Shown: positions 33,165 through 35,303 of the stretch, in pieces | How the letters are laid out: every line of letters begins with the position of its first letter | Position numbering within the stretch: the first letter of the stretch is position 1 | Source: Eubacteriales bacterium | Lineage (GTDB): Bacteria > Bacillota > Clostridia > Lachnospirales > Lachnospiraceae | Length of the DNA: 35,303 bases | NCBI GenBank assembly: GCA_030533125.1 | Contig: JAUNJS010000001.1 | Location: 1-35,303 of the forward strand | Reading direction: 5' to 3' | Position numbers and translations under genes: made by a program | Notes under the pieces: generated by a model | Seen by the model: the letters and a program-made list of their open reading frames with translations, nothing else | What the model was told of the DNA's origin: nothing | Databases searched by the model: none

Positions 33165-35303
33165 TCACCTCGTCAGGCATGCCCGCAGCAGGTAATAGAC
33201 ACCCAGGCAGGAGAGAAAGCAGAACCAGCACATACAGCTTTTCCCTATGGCTTTGACTTCTGATTCAGGGCGGCTGCCGTCATGCAATTTAAATTTCGTG
33301 AAAAGCAGAAAGATGAGGGGGAGAACCGGCAGGTAGTACCGTCCGTGCAGACCTGTAATGGTTCTGGCCCCGATCTTGTTCCAGCTCAGGAGCATCATGG
33401 GAGTTGTGATGATTTCCAGAAAAACCACCGCTTTCATAACCTTCCTGTCTCTTTCAGTAAACTCGAAGCTGTCTTTCTCGAACAGCAGAAATACGACAGC
33501 TATGGACATAAGACCAAACCCGATGAAAAAGGGAAGATCATTTCCTTTTTCATCAATCAGCATCATGCCGCTCATGCGGGAGATCATAATATCCATTTCA
33601 TTCAGATAGGCTCCCGCCATCATATTCAGATACCGGACAGGATGCGCCAGGGCATAAGAGAAGGTAAGATTTCCGCTCCCTTTTGTCCCGAACTGAAACA
33701 ATGCTCCGGAAGGAAGGATGACATCGAAAACAAGCGCGGAACCCCCTCCTGCCGCGATGATTGTCAACGTCCTTCGAATTGTTTTTTCAGCCGCCTCCCT
33801 TCCTTCCCGGGCTGCGTGAAAGACCGGTATGGCGGACAGGGGCAAAAGAATAAGATGTCCACCGCCTTTTACAGCCCCCAGGAGGACTGTCCAGAGAACG
33901 CACTCGATGAAAGCAGCTTTTCCTTCCCTCTCTTCACAAAGGCGGAGTAACGCCCCCAGAAAGCCGAAGGCTGCGATCAGGAGCATCGCGTCATAGGAAA
34001 ATGAACCCGCCAGGATCAACGGAGCCGGAAGAAGTCCGATCGCTGCAAACGCAGCCTTTCCGGCAGGCGTGATCCGGATGGTATGAAGCAAGGCTGCAAT
34101 ATAGGCAGCCAGAGTCAGAAGACGCGCCATCGCCATGGCCTGCGGGGCGCCCATCCCCAGGATTCTCGCCAGGGTGAGCCCAAGCGTCTGCGGCAGGTAA
34201 TTGACCGCGGAATAGAACGTCATTTTTTCATCCTGATATACCTTTACGAGCCTGTTGAGCTCTTTCGCCGCATACTCCGGCGCTTTTCCTTCCTCTGTTG
34301 AAGAAGCTGCCGCAAGGGCAGGGTCCCGGCCTTCAATACTCAAAAGGCGGTAAGGAACAGCTTTCACATCGTATTGATAGGCATAGGCGTAATCCTGCAT
34401 TTTTGGTGTGTAATACGGCTCCGCCTTTTCCGTCGTCCAAGAGGCGGGAAGGTAGGCGGCATCCCGCGCGCGCATCGTCCATTCCTGCGATTCGTCCCCG
34501 CCCAGGACCATATTGGAGAGCCTGTACACAGCCAGAATATGGGATCTTGCATCCGGCGACCTCCACGAAGGAACCAGGATCATATAGATCAGGCCAAGAG
34601 GTATAACAGAAACGACAAAAAACCTGCCTGGAAGGGCTGCATTCCCGATTAAAAGACTGCCGGTCAGAATCATATAGATGCCGAGAATAAGGAAAACAAG
34701 GCACGCAATTCCGTATCCCAGCCCTGACCTGCGTAAAAGCGCGAAATTAAGCGTGCGGGTCACCAGCCGGGAATCCCCGGTCACGGCTGTTTCATCTGAG
34801 ACGTCATCAAGATCTGTGTCCTCCTGGTCGGAAGCATCCTCCGTGTTTTCCCCCCGACTGTCCTCCAGACCATTTTCAGAGATGGATCCCTGATCGCTTC
34901 CAGATGCGGTTTTTTCCTCGAGGACGCTGAGCTTAATGCTTTTTTCCTTGTCCAGATTCGTGACAAAGATGTGATAGACACCGGGCGGAAAGGCCTCGCC
35001 TGTCAGAGAATCCTCTGCGTCGATCCGGATGATTTTTCCCGCCGGCCCGCCGGCAAGAATAGAGCTTCCCGTGAGGTCGCGATCATAGTATTCCTTTTCT
35101 CCGCTTTGCCCGCCGGTTATTCTGACGTGAACGCTGTCAGAACGCCCCTGGCCGCTGCTGATCGACAGTTCAAGTGTATGGAAATCTCCTCTGTCAGCCG
35201 TAAATATCTGTTCCAGAGTGTCGCCGGGCCTGATCGTCTCCTTCACACTTCCGGACACAAAGGGATGTACGGAAATCTCCCTCACAACATGCCGCATAAG
35301 ATC
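33165..35303 (-). CDS. DUF2142-like GT-C-fold membrane protein (probably 5'-truncated by the window edge)
   Basis: PDARSH, YLPQTLG, SYDAM and HGRYYLP motifs with many TMs and a soluble N-terminal region. The frame stays open to the window end (GAT CTT ATG). Confidence 0.65.
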   Translation of the reverse strand, partial: DLMRHVVREISVHPFVSGSVKETIRPGDTLEQIFTADRGDFHTLELSISSGQGRSDSVHVRITGGQSGEKEYYDRDLTGSSILAGGPAGKIIRIDAEDSLTGEAFPPGVYHIFVTNLDKEKSIKLSVLEEKTASGSDQGSISENGLEDSRGENTEDASDQEDTDLDDVSDETAVTGDSRLVTRTLNFALLRRSGLGYGIACLVFLILGIYMILTGSLLIGNAALPGRFFVVSVIPLGLIYMILVPSWRSPDARSHILAVYRLSNMVLGGDESQEWTMRARDAAYLPASWTTEKAEPYYTPKMQDYAYAYQYDVKAVPYRLLSIEGRDPALAAASSTEEGKAPEYAAKELNRLVKVYQDEKMTFYSAVNYLPQTLGLTLARILGMGAPQAMAMARLLTLAAYIAALLHTIRITPAGKAAFAAIGLLPAPLILAGSFSYDAMLLIAAFGFLGALLRLCEEREGKAAFIECVLWTVLLGAVKGGGHLILLPLSAIPVFHAAREGREAAEKTIRRTLTIIAAGGGSALVFDVILPSGALFQFGTKGSGNLTFSYALAHPVRYLNMMAGAYLNEMDIMISRMSGMMLIDEKGNDLPFFIGFGLMSIAVVFLLFEKDSFEFTERDRKVMKAVVFLEIITTPMMLLSWNKIGARTITGLHGRYYLPVLPLIFLLFTKFKLHDGSRPESEVKAIGKSCMCWFCFLSCLGVYYLLRACLTR

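Noticed and set aside
1-35303. CRISPR array, tRNA/rRNA, IS elements, invertible promoter with recombinase
   Set aside because: No spaced repeat array, RNA-gene signature, transposase or recombinase was seen by eye.

Overview
A surface-polysaccharide biosynthesis locus, probably from a Gram-positive anaerobe (Clostridia/Lachnospiraceae-like, inferred from protein families and RBS style). About 27 co-oriented minus-strand genes run from ~30.0 kb to beyond the left edge, driven by a near-consensus sigma-A promoter that sits back-to-back with a divergent promoter for an O-antigen-ligase-like gene. A GT2-GtrA fusion and a DUF2142-like GT-C membrane protein lie at the right end. The locus has Wzx/Wzy/Wzz-type export genes and two parallel 4-amino-6-deoxy-HexNAc initiation sets (PglF/PglE/PglC/PglD-like bacillosamine-type and AatB/WcfR-like AATGal-type). 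It carries an unusually large set of tailoring modules: (i) LuxC-LuxE-thioesterase-adenylation enzyme-ACP-ketoreductase-GNAT, (ii) MaoC hydratase-acyl-CoA carboxyltransferase-CitE lyase, (iii) LicD-IspD-reductase-AraD for a CDP-pentitol, (iv) pyruvyl transferase plus split ferredoxin/FrhB, and (v) FemAB-like GNAT plus an atypical PLP enzyme. No conventional elongating glycosyltransferase is visible in the operon. The left ~9.4 kb is lower in GC and looks separately acquired. All product calls come from motif recognition by eye, not from database searches.
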